This document shows, one piece after another, positions 31,432 to 40,317 of a DNA stretch of 64,000 nt. The notes under the pieces were generated by a model. It saw nothing but the letters and a program-made list of their open reading frames with translations, did not search any database and was not told the origin of the DNA. Within the stretch, counting starts at the first letter, position 1. Each line of letters starts with the position of its first letter. A program made the translations under genes and the position numbers. Origin of the DNA: Alphaproteobacteria bacterium (GTDB lineage: Bacteria > Pseudomonadota > Alphaproteobacteria > UBA828); contig CBDCRW010000004.1 in the NCBI GenBank assembly GCA_965221125.1, forward strand, positions 384,001 through 448,000, in the 5' to 3' direction.

Positions 31432-32232
31432 TCAACGCGCAACGCGGGGCATCCAGCGCGTGGCGTAGCCTGCGACCAGCACCACCAGGCGGTCGGTCGC
31501 GAGCGCCACGAGGGTCACGTAGAAGATGCTGATGATGATGATGTCGAGACCCTGCGCCGTCAGCATCATCGAGAACACCTTGCCGATACCGACCGGCGCG
31601 CCGAGCAGCTCGGTCACGACGGCGATCCCCCAGGCGAGCGCGACGCCGACCCGGATGCCGCCCACAAGCTCAGGCATGATCGCCGGCAGCACGATGGTGC
31701 GGAACACCTGCCCGCGCGAGGCGCCCATGGTGCGCGCGTAGTGGATGTAGACTTGGGGCACGTTGCGGATCGCCTCCAGCGTGTTGATGACGATGGCGAG
31801 GAACATGTAGCCGATCAGCATCACGTACTGGGTCGTCGCCGTCGGGCCGAACCAGATCAGCAGCATCGGCGCGATGGCGAGCGGCGGGATCGCGCGCAGC
31901 ACCTCGATCGGCGGCTGGATGAAGTCGCGGAACTGGCGGATCCACCCCATCAGGAGGCCGACCGCAATCCCCATCGAAATGCCGATCACGCCGCCGATGC
32001 AGACCCGGATGATGGATGCCGTGATGTGCGGGGTAATCCCCTCGGAGCCGCCGCCCTGGGCCGCGATCTCCGGCGATTCGAAGAAGACGTCGATGAGCCG
32101 CACGGCCACGGCGTCGGGCGACGGCAGGCGGGCCGGGCCGAGCCACTCGGCGAACCCCCACCAGGCGCCCAGGATGATGAGAAAGCCGTAGGTCTGGCGG
32201 ACGTGAAAGCCTATGCGTCCCAGACGGATCAA
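31432..32232 (-). CDS. ABC transporter permease (SsuC/TauC type)
   Basis: LPSPDAV, RAIPPLA, ARTMGAS, VVTELLGAPVGIG. Confidence 0.88.
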   Translation of the reverse strand: MIRLGRIGFHVRQTYGFLIILGAWWGFAEWLGPARLPSPDAVAVRLIDVFFESPEIAAQGGGSEGITPHITASIIRVCIGGVIGISMGIAVGLLMGWIRQFRDFIQPPIEVLRAIPPLAIAPMLLIWFGPTATTQYVMLIGYMFLAIVINTLEAIRNVPQVYIHYARTMGASRGQVFRTIVLPAIMPELVGGIRVGVALAWGIAVVTELLGAPVGIGKVFSMMLTAQGLDIIIISIFYVTLVALATDRLVVLVAGYATRWMPRVAR

Positions 32233-32296
32233 GGAGCGGCCGCACGGTTGGGCCGGGACGCCGCGATGCGCCCCGGCCCGTCCTCGCTAACGGGGT

Positions 32297-33622
32297 CTAG
32301 GACCCGGACTCGTGTGCGGCCCACTCGGCGGCCGCGCGGGCGAAGCGCCCGGCATCGTAGAAGTTGTAGATCGAGTCATGGAACTCGGCCTGCGCCAGCA
32401 GCTCGGCGGCCTTGGGCGTCGCGTCGGAGACCGCGGCCCGCGCCGCGACGATCGCCGCATGCGCGTCGACCTTGAGCGCCTGCATCTCGTGCCAGAACTC
32501 GATGGCGTAGGAGGCGTTGTCGGGCGTCCACTTGCCTGCCTCCAGAACCCCCTGCTCCTCCCACAGCTTGATGTGGGCGCCGGTGATGTTGGCGTAGTGC
32601 TCAGGGTTGGTGGAGCGATAGCGGTCCTCGTACCACACCGCCTGATCCTCGAAGGCCACGAAGGGGTTGAGCTCCTCGTAGATCACCTCGACGTCCACCG
32701 GCGTGAGCGTGGACCCCATGATCGAGTTGAGGAAGTCCGTGTGCGGCGGAATCGTCTCCTGCGGCCTGTCCACCATCAGCCTGAGCGTCCGGTAGATCAT
32801 GCTGGCGAAGCGGTAGAGCGTCTCCTTGTTGTTCGCGTAGTACTCCCGCGTGGTCGCCCAGCCGTCGTGGAACACGGCCCGGAGCTCCTTGGAGTCGGGC
32901 GTGGCTGCCGCGAACTGCGAGATGTGCAGGGACGTCATCACCGGCACGAAGCCCTCCAGGGTCATGGAGACGCGGCCCGGCGCGGAACCCACGGCAAAGT
33001 CGGCGCGGCCGGAGATCATCTCGGCCACGATCTTCGAATCCGTGTCGAAGCTGTTGACCGTGATGTCGTCCATGCTCATGCCGGCGCTTTCCAGCGCGAT
33101 GGTGATGAAGCCGCGGATGCCGCCCTCGTTCAGCGTGGCCAGGGCCTTGCCGCGGAACTGCTCGGCAGTCGCCTTGATCGCGGCGGTGGGCTCCATGCCC
33201 TCGTCGATGAACGCGGTCACCGACTTGTAGCCCGCCTCGGGGTCGACCATGAAGCCGAAGCCCTGGAAGATGTCGCCGTGCATGAAGTCGACGTAGTTCG
33301 AGTTGGTGCTGTAGCCGGCGAGCGAGAACACGGTCGAGCCCGACGAGATGTCGACCGTGCCGGCGGTCAGCACCGAGACGATCTTGTCGGCGCCGACGCT
33401 GGTGCCGAACTTGCCGGGCGTGATCGTGATACCCACGTCCTTGTCCCATCCCTTGGTGATGGGAATGACGATATGGGTGTGGTCGATGGCGTGCAGGCTA
33501 GCGTAGCTCACCTCCACCTGCGGAATCTCCGGCACCGCCGGCTGGGCCAGCGCGGTGCCGCAGGCCACGACCATGGCCGTCGCGACCGCGAGGGACGCGG
33601 TCTTCGATGCGTAACGTTTCAT
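32297..33622 (-). CDS. ABC transporter substrate-binding protein (SsuA/TauA/NMT1-like), divergent
   Basis: Signal peptide (MKRYASK...ALAQP), GGGAGG RBS; located among SsuBC-type genes. Confidence 0.75.
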   Translation of the reverse strand: MKRYASKTASLAVATAMVVACGTALAQPAVPEIPQVEVSYASLHAIDHTHIVIPITKGWDKDVGITITPGKFGTSVGADKIVSVLTAGTVDISSGSTVFSLAGYSTNSNYVDFMHGDIFQGFGFMVDPEAGYKSVTAFIDEGMEPTAAIKATAEQFRGKALATLNEGGIRGFITIALESAGMSMDDITVNSFDTDSKIVAEMISGRADFAVGSAPGRVSMTLEGFVPVMTSLHISQFAAATPDSKELRAVFHDGWATTREYYANNKETLYRFASMIYRTLRLMVDRPQETIPPHTDFLNSIMGSTLTPVDVEVIYEELNPFVAFEDQAVWYEDRYRSTNPEHYANITGAHIKLWEEQGVLEAGKWTPDNASYAIEFWHEMQALKVDAHAAIVAARAAVSDATPKAAELLAQAEFHDSIYNFYDAGRFARAAAEWAAHESGS

Positions 33623-33711
33623 GGTTCCCTCCCTTGTTTTCATGGTTGGTCGTTCGGTTCTTATGGAATTGCTGTCCCGATCCCTACCTTATGGGACCTA
33701 TCGGCGGGCCG

Positions 33712-34635
33712 CTAGATCATGGCGAGCAGTCGGATCGGAGAGCCGGTGCCGCCCTTGAAGCGGAGCGGCGCGCCGATGACGCAGAACTCGTAGACCTTCT
33801 CGCGCGCGATCTCCTCCAGATAGACGTTCTCGATGAGGCGGATGCCGGACTTGCTCAGCATCTCGATGTGAATGGGCAGGCACTCGCCCTCGGTCTCGAA
33901 GGGTATCGGGTCGACCGCGAACTGGTCGAGGCCCCACATTATGATGTCGTGGCTGTTGGCCCATTCGGCGCAGGCCTTGCCGAGGCCGGGCTCGCCGGAG
34001 AGCAGGGTCTCCGGGTCCTCCCAGTGCTTGCCCCAGCCGGTGTGAACGAACACGACATCGCCCTGGCGGACCTCGGTGCCGCCCTGGGCGGCCCGGGCGG
34101 CGTCGATCTCGTCGGGCTGGATCGCATATCCTGCCGGCAGGATGTCCTGGCCGAGGTGGCCCGCGACATCGACCAGGATGCCGCGCGCGATGAAGGCGGG
34201 CACGTTCTCCATGCCGAGTTTGCGCGTTCCGAACGTGTCGATCACGTCCTTGTTGCGGACATTGTTGTAGAGATAGTACTCGCCGTCGGCCTGCCGCTGG
34301 CCGATGTGGTTCAGGTTGTCGATGTGCGTGCCCGACTGGTCCGACATGTTGATGCGCAGGTTCTGCGCCGAGTAGCCATTCTTCATGATGCCGAGGTGCT
34401 TGTGGTGCCACTCCTCGCCATTCTCCAGCGTGAACTGGGTATTGGCGAAGAACTGCCCGTGGAAGCCCGGCACCGGCATTTCCCCCTCGAGAACGTGAGA
34501 GAGGTCGTAGGTCTTCGCCTGCTTGATCATGGCGAGCGCGGCCAGCGTGCTCTCCGGTGTAACCAGGTTCAGGGCACCCAATTCGTCGTCCGGTCCCCAG
34601 CGCGACGGAAACGGACCAGCGGTAGCGTCAGTCAT
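33712..34635 (-). CDS. Cyclase family metal-dependent hydrolase (kynurenine formamidase/isatin hydrolase-like)
   Basis: WGPDDELGALN, QSGTHIDNLNH, RGILVDV, HTGW, PGL, GGTGSPIR. Confidence 0.9.
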   Translation of the reverse strand: MTDATAGPFPSRWGPDDELGALNLVTPESTLAALAMIKQAKTYDLSHVLEGEMPVPGFHGQFFANTQFTLENGEEWHHKHLGIMKNGYSAQNLRINMSDQSGTHIDNLNHIGQRQADGEYYLYNNVRNKDVIDTFGTRKLGMENVPAFIARGILVDVAGHLGQDILPAGYAIQPDEIDAARAAQGGTEVRQGDVVFVHTGWGKHWEDPETLLSGEPGLGKACAEWANSHDIIMWGLDQFAVDPIPFETEGECLPIHIEMLSKSGIRLIENVYLEEIAREKVYEFCVIGAPLRFKGGTGSPIRLLAMI

Positions 34636-34668
34636 GGCATTGCCTCCCTTAATGCGAGCCCGGCGCGG

Positions 34669-35547
34669 CTACGGCACCCAGCGGTTTACGTATCGCGATG
34701 CCGCCAGATAGAGACCGTTCAGGATCAGCGACAGGATCACGAAGATGACGACGATCACGACGATTCGGCCGATCATGAAGAAGCGCTCGGAGAGGATCAT
34801 CAGCCAGCCCAGCCCTGAGTCCGTCGCCAGCAGCTCTCCGGCGAGGACGATAGCGAAGGAAAGCCCGAGGATCACCCGGATTCCGCCGTTCAGCGACGGC
34901 AGGATGGCGGGCACGATCACCGTGCGGTAGATCTGCCGCCGCGTGGCGCCCATGCAGCGCGCGTAGTCCTGGTAGATCGGCGGCACGTTGCGGATCGCCT
35001 CCAGCGTGTTGACGATCATCATCGAGAACACGGCGAAGGAGACGAAGATCAGGATGCCGATCTCGCGCGCCCCGAACCAGAACATGAAGAGCGGAATGAG
35101 CGCGAGTATGGGGATCGTGCGCAGCAGCAGCACCGGCGGCAGCACGACATCGCGGGCCCAGCGGCTCATGCCGACCAGGAGGCCGACGCCGATGCCGAGA
35201 CCGATGCCGGCGACCAGGCCGATCACCAGCCGGCGGATGGTGACGAGCGCGTTCTCGAAGAGCACTGCCAGCGCCTGGCCGACGTTCTGGCGGTAGCCGA
35301 GCAGCCCCTCGTCGAAGCCGTAGTAGGTGGCGAACTCGGGGAACGAGACCGTGGCCACGTACTCGATGCGCGGGAACATGCGATCCGCGCGGCGCGGGTT
35401 GTCGGTGAACACCCACCAGGCGAAGGCCTCGTAGGCGACGATCAGGCAGACGAGGCCAAGGATTTGCCAGTGGTTGGGCAGGAGCTGCCGCCACTTGCGC
35501 CAGCGCGACGGCCGCGCAGGCATCTCGCTGGCCGAAATGCTCATCAC
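34669..35547 (-). CDS. ABC transporter permease (SsuC/TauC type)
   Basis: RTIPILALIPL, ARCMGAT, AGELLATDSGLG. Confidence 0.88.
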   Translation of the reverse strand: MMSISASEMPARPSRWRKWRQLLPNHWQILGLVCLIVAYEAFAWWVFTDNPRRADRMFPRIEYVATVSFPEFATYYGFDEGLLGYRQNVGQALAVLFENALVTIRRLVIGLVAGIGLGIGVGLLVGMSRWARDVVLPPVLLLRTIPILALIPLFMFWFGAREIGILIFVSFAVFSMMIVNTLEAIRNVPPIYQDYARCMGATRRQIYRTVIVPAILPSLNGGIRVILGLSFAIVLAGELLATDSGLGWLMILSERFFMIGRIVVIVVIFVILSLILNGLYLAASRYVNRWVP

Positions 35548-36317
35548 GCGGCGCTCAGCGCGGCCTCCTGATCCTCCGCCAGCTCGCCCCAGAGCTCTGC
35601 GAGAATCTCCCTGAATTTGGGGTCCGTGCGCATTTCAACCGTGCGCGGACGGGCGAACGGGACCTCGATCACGTTCTCGATCTGGCCGGCGCGGAGCACG
35701 AAAATACGGTCGGCCAGAAAGGTCGCCTCCTCAATGTCGTGGGTGACGAAGAGCGTCGTCTTGCGCTCCTGCGTCCAGATGCGGAGCAGCTCCTGCTGCA
35801 GCGTCACCTTGGTCACGTAGTCGAGCGAGCCGAACGGCTCATCCATCAGCAGGACCTCGGGACTGTTGGCGAAGACGGCCGCGATCTGCACCCGCTTGCG
35901 CATGCCGCCGGAGAGATCCTTGGGGAAGAAGTCGGCGAAACGCTCGAGGCCCACGAGCCGCAGGTGGTCCTCGGCGATGCGCCGCCGCTCGGCCCTGGGC
36001 ACGCCCCGCAGCTCCAGTCCGTACTCCACGTTGCGCAGCACCGAGCGCCACATCAGGATTGCGTCCTGCTGAAACACCATGCCGCGCTCGCGCCCCGGCC
36101 CGGTCACGGGCGCGCCGTCGAGCAGGACCTGGCCGGCGGTCGGCTCGATCAGCCCTGCGACGACGTTCAGCAGCGTCGACTTGCCGCAGCCCGAAGCGCC
36201 GATCAGGACGACGAACTCCTCGTCGGCGATCTCGGCATCGATGCCGCGCAGCACCTGCAGCTGGCCGCCATCCGGCGTCGCAAAGCTCTTCTCGATGCCC
36301 TGCAACACGATCGGCAT
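35544..36317 (-). CDS. ABC transporter ATP-binding protein (SsuB/TauB type)
   Basis: GASGCGKST, LSGGMRKR, LLMDEPFGSLD, FVTHDIEEA; ATG 36317 with GGAGG RBS. Confidence 0.92.
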   Translation of the reverse strand: MPIVLQGIEKSFATPDGGQLQVLRGIDAEIADEEFVVLIGASGCGKSTLLNVVAGLIEPTAGQVLLDGAPVTGPGRERGMVFQQDAILMWRSVLRNVEYGLELRGVPRAERRRIAEDHLRLVGLERFADFFPKDLSGGMRKRVQIAAVFANSPEVLLMDEPFGSLDYVTKVTLQQELLRIWTQERKTTLFVTHDIEEATFLADRIFVLRAGQIENVIEVPFARPRTVEMRTDPKFREILAELWGELAEDQEAALSAA

Positions 36318-36393
36318 CGCACCGCCCTCCCCAAAGCGCTGCATTATGGCACCCGCCGAAGCGCGCGATCCACCCTGCAACGCGCCGGCTCGT

Positions 36394-36408
36394 GACGGAC
36401 GCGCTCTA
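36394..36408 (-). repeat. Partial copy of the TAGAGCG palindromic repeat at the lpxL stop codon
   Basis: Minus strand TAGAGCGCGTCCGTC; the last 13 nt are identical to 21452-21464. Confidence 0.5.
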
Positions 36409-37296
36409 ATCCGGCCAGCGCCGGTGCAGCCAGAGCCACTGATCTGGCCGCTCTCGGATCCAGTCTTCGAGCACGCGGTTGACGGCAACCGTGCCTGCGC
36501 GAATGCGCTCCTCCCGTGTGCCCTCCTCGGGCATGGGGAGCTTGGGGTAGACGGTGATGCGAAAGTTGGCGCCGGCCAGCCGTTCGACCCGCACCGGCCA
36601 CACGGGGCAGTCGTAGCGCAGCGCGAACGTCGCCACGGCGGGGCCGGTCATGGCATCGCGGCCGAAGAAGGGCACCGGGATGCCGTTGTTGAGCTTTTGA
36701 TCGACCAGGAGGGCCACGTGGTGGCCGGCGCCCAGCGAGCGCACCATCTCGCGGGTGCCATCCGCCCCCTTTTGCACGCGGCGTTGCGCGATCGTCCCCC
36801 TGCAGCGCTCGATCAGGCGGTCGACGATGGGGTTGTTGGCCGCGCGGTAGATGGCGGTCGCCGGAACGCCGGTTTGCTCCGGCGCGCGCGCGGCGATCTC
36901 CCAATTGCCGATGTGGCCGGAAAAGAAGATGCCTCCGTTGGCGGAGTGCTTGGCTTCCTCCAGATGGTCGCGCCCCACGAGCTCTATCCGCCCGCCCGGC
37001 GTGTCGACCGAGAAGCGATGGATATGCGGGTATTCCGCCGCGACGCGGCCGAGATGACGCCACATGCGGCGTGCGCAGCGGCGGACTTCGGACGGCGAAA
37101 GCTCCGGCAGCGCCCGGGCGAGGTTGTCGAGCCCCCGCCGGTGCACCGGGAGCAGGGGGCCGACCAGGCCGCCGAGCGCGGCACCGAGGGCCGAGGCCCA
37201 TCCCACCGGCAGCGCGCCCAGCACTGTAAAGAACGCGTAAGCGGCCGCGGCCTCGCAGACGTGCCGCGCCGCGCGCGGCCATTGCGCCCTAGCCAT
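36406..37296 (-). CDS. lpxL: Lipid A late acyltransferase (LpxL/HtrB family)
   Basis: GHIGNWE, YRAANNP, LLVDQKL, VPFFG, PDQWLWLHRRW. Confidence 0.88.
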   Translation of the reverse strand: MARAQWPRAARHVCEAAAAYAFFTVLGALPVGWASALGAALGGLVGPLLPVHRRGLDNLARALPELSPSEVRRCARRMWRHLGRVAAEYPHIHRFSVDTPGGRIELVGRDHLEEAKHSANGGIFFSGHIGNWEIAARAPEQTGVPATAIYRAANNPIVDRLIERCRGTIAQRRVQKGADGTREMVRSLGAGHHVALLVDQKLNNGIPVPFFGRDAMTGPAVATFALRYDCPVWPVRVERLAGANFRITVYPKLPMPEEGTREERIRAGTVAVNRVLEDWIRERPDQWLWLHRRWPD

Positions 37297-38281
37297 GAGT
37301 GTCGCGCGCAAGAAGCGGCGCCAGCACATCGCGCAGCGCCGCCGGGTCACGCCAGGCGAGGGTCACGGGCAGCGTGCGAACCGCCGCCTGTGCATCCGGC
37401 GGGAGCCTGACGTAATCCTTCTCGGTCGTCACCGGCTGGGCGTCCTGTTCCTTCGCCTGCGAAACGATCGCTGCGATCTCACCCGGCTTATAGCGGTGGT
37501 GGTCGGCGAAGGCATGGCGCGCGATCACGGTGCAGCCCGCCGCCTCCAGAGTTTCGAAGAATTTTTCGGGTCGCCCGATACCTGCGAAGGCCACAACCGG
37601 ACGCGTCAGGAGCGCACGGGCCTCCTCGCCGGGGACCAGGTCGGCCTCGATAATGGGCAGACCGTGCCTCCCGAGTGCCCTGAGCGCGCCCCGCCGGTCC
37701 TCGCCCACGAGGATCAGCGCATGGGCCCGGCCGAGGCCTTGCGCGAGCGGCTCGCGCAGCGGCCCGGCGGGCAGCACGCAGCCGTTGCCGAAGCCCGCGC
37801 CGCCATCGATGACCGCGAGGCAGAGGTCCTTCGCTAGGGTCGGCGACTGCATGCCATCGTCCATGAGCAGGATATCGGCACCTGCGCTCGCCGCCGCCTT
37901 CGCCCCCGCCGCCCGGTCGCGGGAGAGCCAGGTGGGCGCCGCGCACGCCAGCAGCAGCGCCTCGTCGCCGACTGCGCGCGCGTCGTGACGGGCGGCATCG
38001 ACCCTGAGCGGCCCGCCCTCGCTGCCGCCGTAGCCGCGGGTAAGCACGTGGGGGTGAAGGCCCGCGTCAGCCAGCAGCCGGGCGAGGGCGATGACGGTCG
38101 GCGTCTTGCCGGCGCCGCCGGCGGTGAAATTGCCGACGCAGACCACCGGCACGCCTGCCTGCGCCGGCCGCGCCAGGGCGCCGCGTCCCTCGGCGCCAAC
38201 CCGGTAGAGCCAGGAGAGAGGCGTTAGAGCGCAGGCGGCGAGCCCGCCGCGCTCAGCCGCCCAGAACGCCGGCGCGCGCAT
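37289..38281 (-). CDS. lpxK: Tetraacyldisaccharide 4'-kinase
   Basis: VGNFTAGGAGKTP, LTRGYGG, GDEALL, MDDGMQ, PAGPLRE, FADHH, TTEKD. Confidence 0.95.
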   Translation of the reverse strand: MRAPAFWAAERGGLAACALTPLSWLYRVGAEGRGALARPAQAGVPVVCVGNFTAGGAGKTPTVIALARLLADAGLHPHVLTRGYGGSEGGPLRVDAARHDARAVGDEALLLACAAPTWLSRDRAAGAKAAASAGADILLMDDGMQSPTLAKDLCLAVIDGGAGFGNGCVLPAGPLREPLAQGLGRAHALILVGEDRRGALRALGRHGLPIIEADLVPGEEARALLTRPVVAFAGIGRPEKFFETLEAAGCTVIARHAFADHHRYKPGEIAAIVSQAKEQDAQPVTTEKDYVRLPPDAQAAVRTLPVTLAWRDPAALRDVLAPLLARDTHG

Positions 38282-39566
38282 CGCGGCCGCAGGGTTCGAG
38301 ATGCTCGCGGATCAGGCCGAGCGCCGCCTCGACCCCGCCGCCGAGCGCGCGGGCAGCCTCGTGGGCAGCAGCCGCGCGCGCGGCTCGCGCGGTCTCGTCG
38401 TCGAGCAGGGCGCGCACGGCTTCGGCGAGCGTGCGCGCGTCGGCAACCCGGCTGACGGCGCCGGCATCCTCCAGCGCCGCGAACGCTTCGGCGAAATTCT
38501 CCGTGTGCGGGCCGGTTACGAGCGCGCAGTCGAGCCGCGCCGGCTCCAGCGGATTGTGCCCGCCATGCGGCGCGAGCGAGCCGCCGACGAAGGCGATCTC
38601 GGCGAGACGATAGACCAGGCCGAGCTCGCCCAGCGTATCGACGAGATAGACAGCGGTCATTGGTGTGACGATGCCGCCGGTCGAGTGCCGGGCGGTGGCG
38701 AGACCGTGGCTCTCCAGCAGTTCGCTGCAGGCATCGCCCCGCTCCGGGTGTCGCGGCGCCAGGATCGTGAGCAGGTTGGGAACACTTCGGCGCAAGGCGG
38801 AGATCGCTTCGGCGACAGCTTCCTCTTCGCCTTCGTGGGTGCTCGCCGCGGCCCAGCACGGCCGGCCGCCGATGGCTTGCCTCAGCACGGCAACACGGTC
38901 CTCGTCCGCAGGCAGTGGCGGCGCGTCATTCTTGAGGTTGCCCTGCACGGTGACGTTGCGTGCGCCGAGCGCACGGAAGCGCTCGGCGTCGGCCTCGGTT
39001 TGCGCCAGCACGCAGTCGAACACCGCGAGCAACGGCCGGCTCAGGTGCGGCGCCCGGCGCCACCGCGTGGCGGAGCGCCTGGAGACGCGCCCGTTGAGCA
39101 GGAGCATCGGCGTGCCGCGTGCGGCGGTCTCGAGAACGAGATTGGGCCAGAGCTCCGATTCCACCCAGACCGAGAGGTCCGGCCGCCAGTGCCGGACGAA
39201 CTGTTTCACCGCGCCTGGCCGGTCGACCGGCACGAACTGATGATGCACGCCGGGCGGGAGGCGCTCGCGCAACAGGTGCGCCGATGTGACGGTGCCGGAC
39301 GTGATCAGGACGTGGACGTCGGGCAGCGCCTCGCGCAGTCGCGCGACCAGCGGCAGCAGGGACAGGCTCTCGCCGACGCTTGCGCCGTGCATCCAGACCA
39401 GCCGGCCGTCGGGCCGCGGCAGGCTCGGCCGCCCCAGCCGCTCGCCGAAGCGCGCCTCGTCCTCCTTGCCGCGGCTTCGCCGATAGACGAGCCAGGCACC
39501 GATGACCGGCGAGGCCAGCAGGCTGGCATAGCGGTAGCTGCGCGGCGTGATCAGGGTTTCGATCAT
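38253..39566 (-). CDS. waaA: 3-deoxy-D-manno-octulosonic acid transferase
   Basis: WMHGASVGE, ESELWPN, GNLK, ASTHEGEE, APRHPER, GGHNPLEPA. Confidence 0.95.
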   Translation of the reverse strand: MIETLITPRSYRYASLLASPVIGAWLVYRRSRGKEDEARFGERLGRPSLPRPDGRLVWMHGASVGESLSLLPLVARLREALPDVHVLITSGTVTSAHLLRERLPPGVHHQFVPVDRPGAVKQFVRHWRPDLSVWVESELWPNLVLETAARGTPMLLLNGRVSRRSATRWRRAPHLSRPLLAVFDCVLAQTEADAERFRALGARNVTVQGNLKNDAPPLPADEDRVAVLRQAIGGRPCWAAASTHEGEEEAVAEAISALRRSVPNLLTILAPRHPERGDACSELLESHGLATARHSTGGIVTPMTAVYLVDTLGELGLVYRLAEIAFVGGSLAPHGGHNPLEPARLDCALVTGPHTENFAEAFAALEDAGAVSRVADARTLAEAVRALLDDETARAARAAAAHEAARALGGGVEAALGLIREHLEPCGRDARAGVLGG

Positions 39567-40315
39567 GGGCGCGCACCGGCCGGCGCCGGTCCGGCTTGCC
39601 GCTTGGCCGGCTGCGGGGTGTCCCCCGCCGGCTCGATCGGATCCACGCCCACCATGCGGTCGGCCTCAGCGGTGAGTGCGTTGAGTCGTCGCTCCAGGGT
39701 CAGGCGGGCCTCGTCGAGCGCCGCGTCGTCGGCGTCCGCGGCGACGTAGAGCGGCGGCCCCCAGGCAAAGACGCCGCGGCTGAAGGGCAGCGCGATCACG
39801 AAGCGATCCCAGCTCCGTGCCACCCTGCGCCGCGAGACCGCGAAGGTGAGCGGCACGATCGGCACGCCGGAGAGCCGCGCCAGGCCGATGATCCCCGGTT
39901 GCACGCGCATCCGGGGGCCGCGCGGGCCGTCCGGGGAGATGGCGACATAGCCGCCGTCCCTCAGCAAGCGCAGCGAGGCGCGGAGCGCCGCCGTGCCGCC
40001 CCGGGTGCTCGAGCCGCGGATCGCTTTCAAGCCCAGATTCCGCATCGCGCGGGCGATGTTCTCGCCGTCGGGATGGCGGGAGATGACGACGTGGACCGGC
40101 CGTTCGGCTTGCCAGCCATGCGGCGACATCATCAGCCGGCCGTGCCAGAAGGCGGTGATGAAGGGCTTGCCCGCCCGAAAAAACTCATCGGCATCCTCGC
40201 GCCCGTGCGTCCGCCAGCGGGTGGTCACGAAGACCAGACTCGTGAAGCGGGCGTAGAGCCAGACGAGCACGGTGCGCCCGAACCGGCTGCGCGAGACACG
40301 CTTGCCGAGACCCAT
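39563..40315 (-). CDS. DUF374 lysophospholipid acyltransferase family protein
   Basis: AFWHGR, ISRHPDGE, IRGSSTRGG, SPDGPRGP, SWDRF. Confidence 0.9.
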   Translation of the reverse strand: MGLGKRVSRSRFGRTVLVWLYARFTSLVFVTTRWRTHGREDADEFFRAGKPFITAFWHGRLMMSPHGWQAERPVHVVISRHPDGENIARAMRNLGLKAIRGSSTRGGTAALRASLRLLRDGGYVAISPDGPRGPRMRVQPGIIGLARLSGVPIVPLTFAVSRRRVARSWDRFVIALPFSRGVFAWGPPLYVAADADDAALDEARLTLERRLNALTAEADRMVGVDPIEPAGDTPQPAKRQAGPAPAGARP

Positions 40316-40317
40316 GC

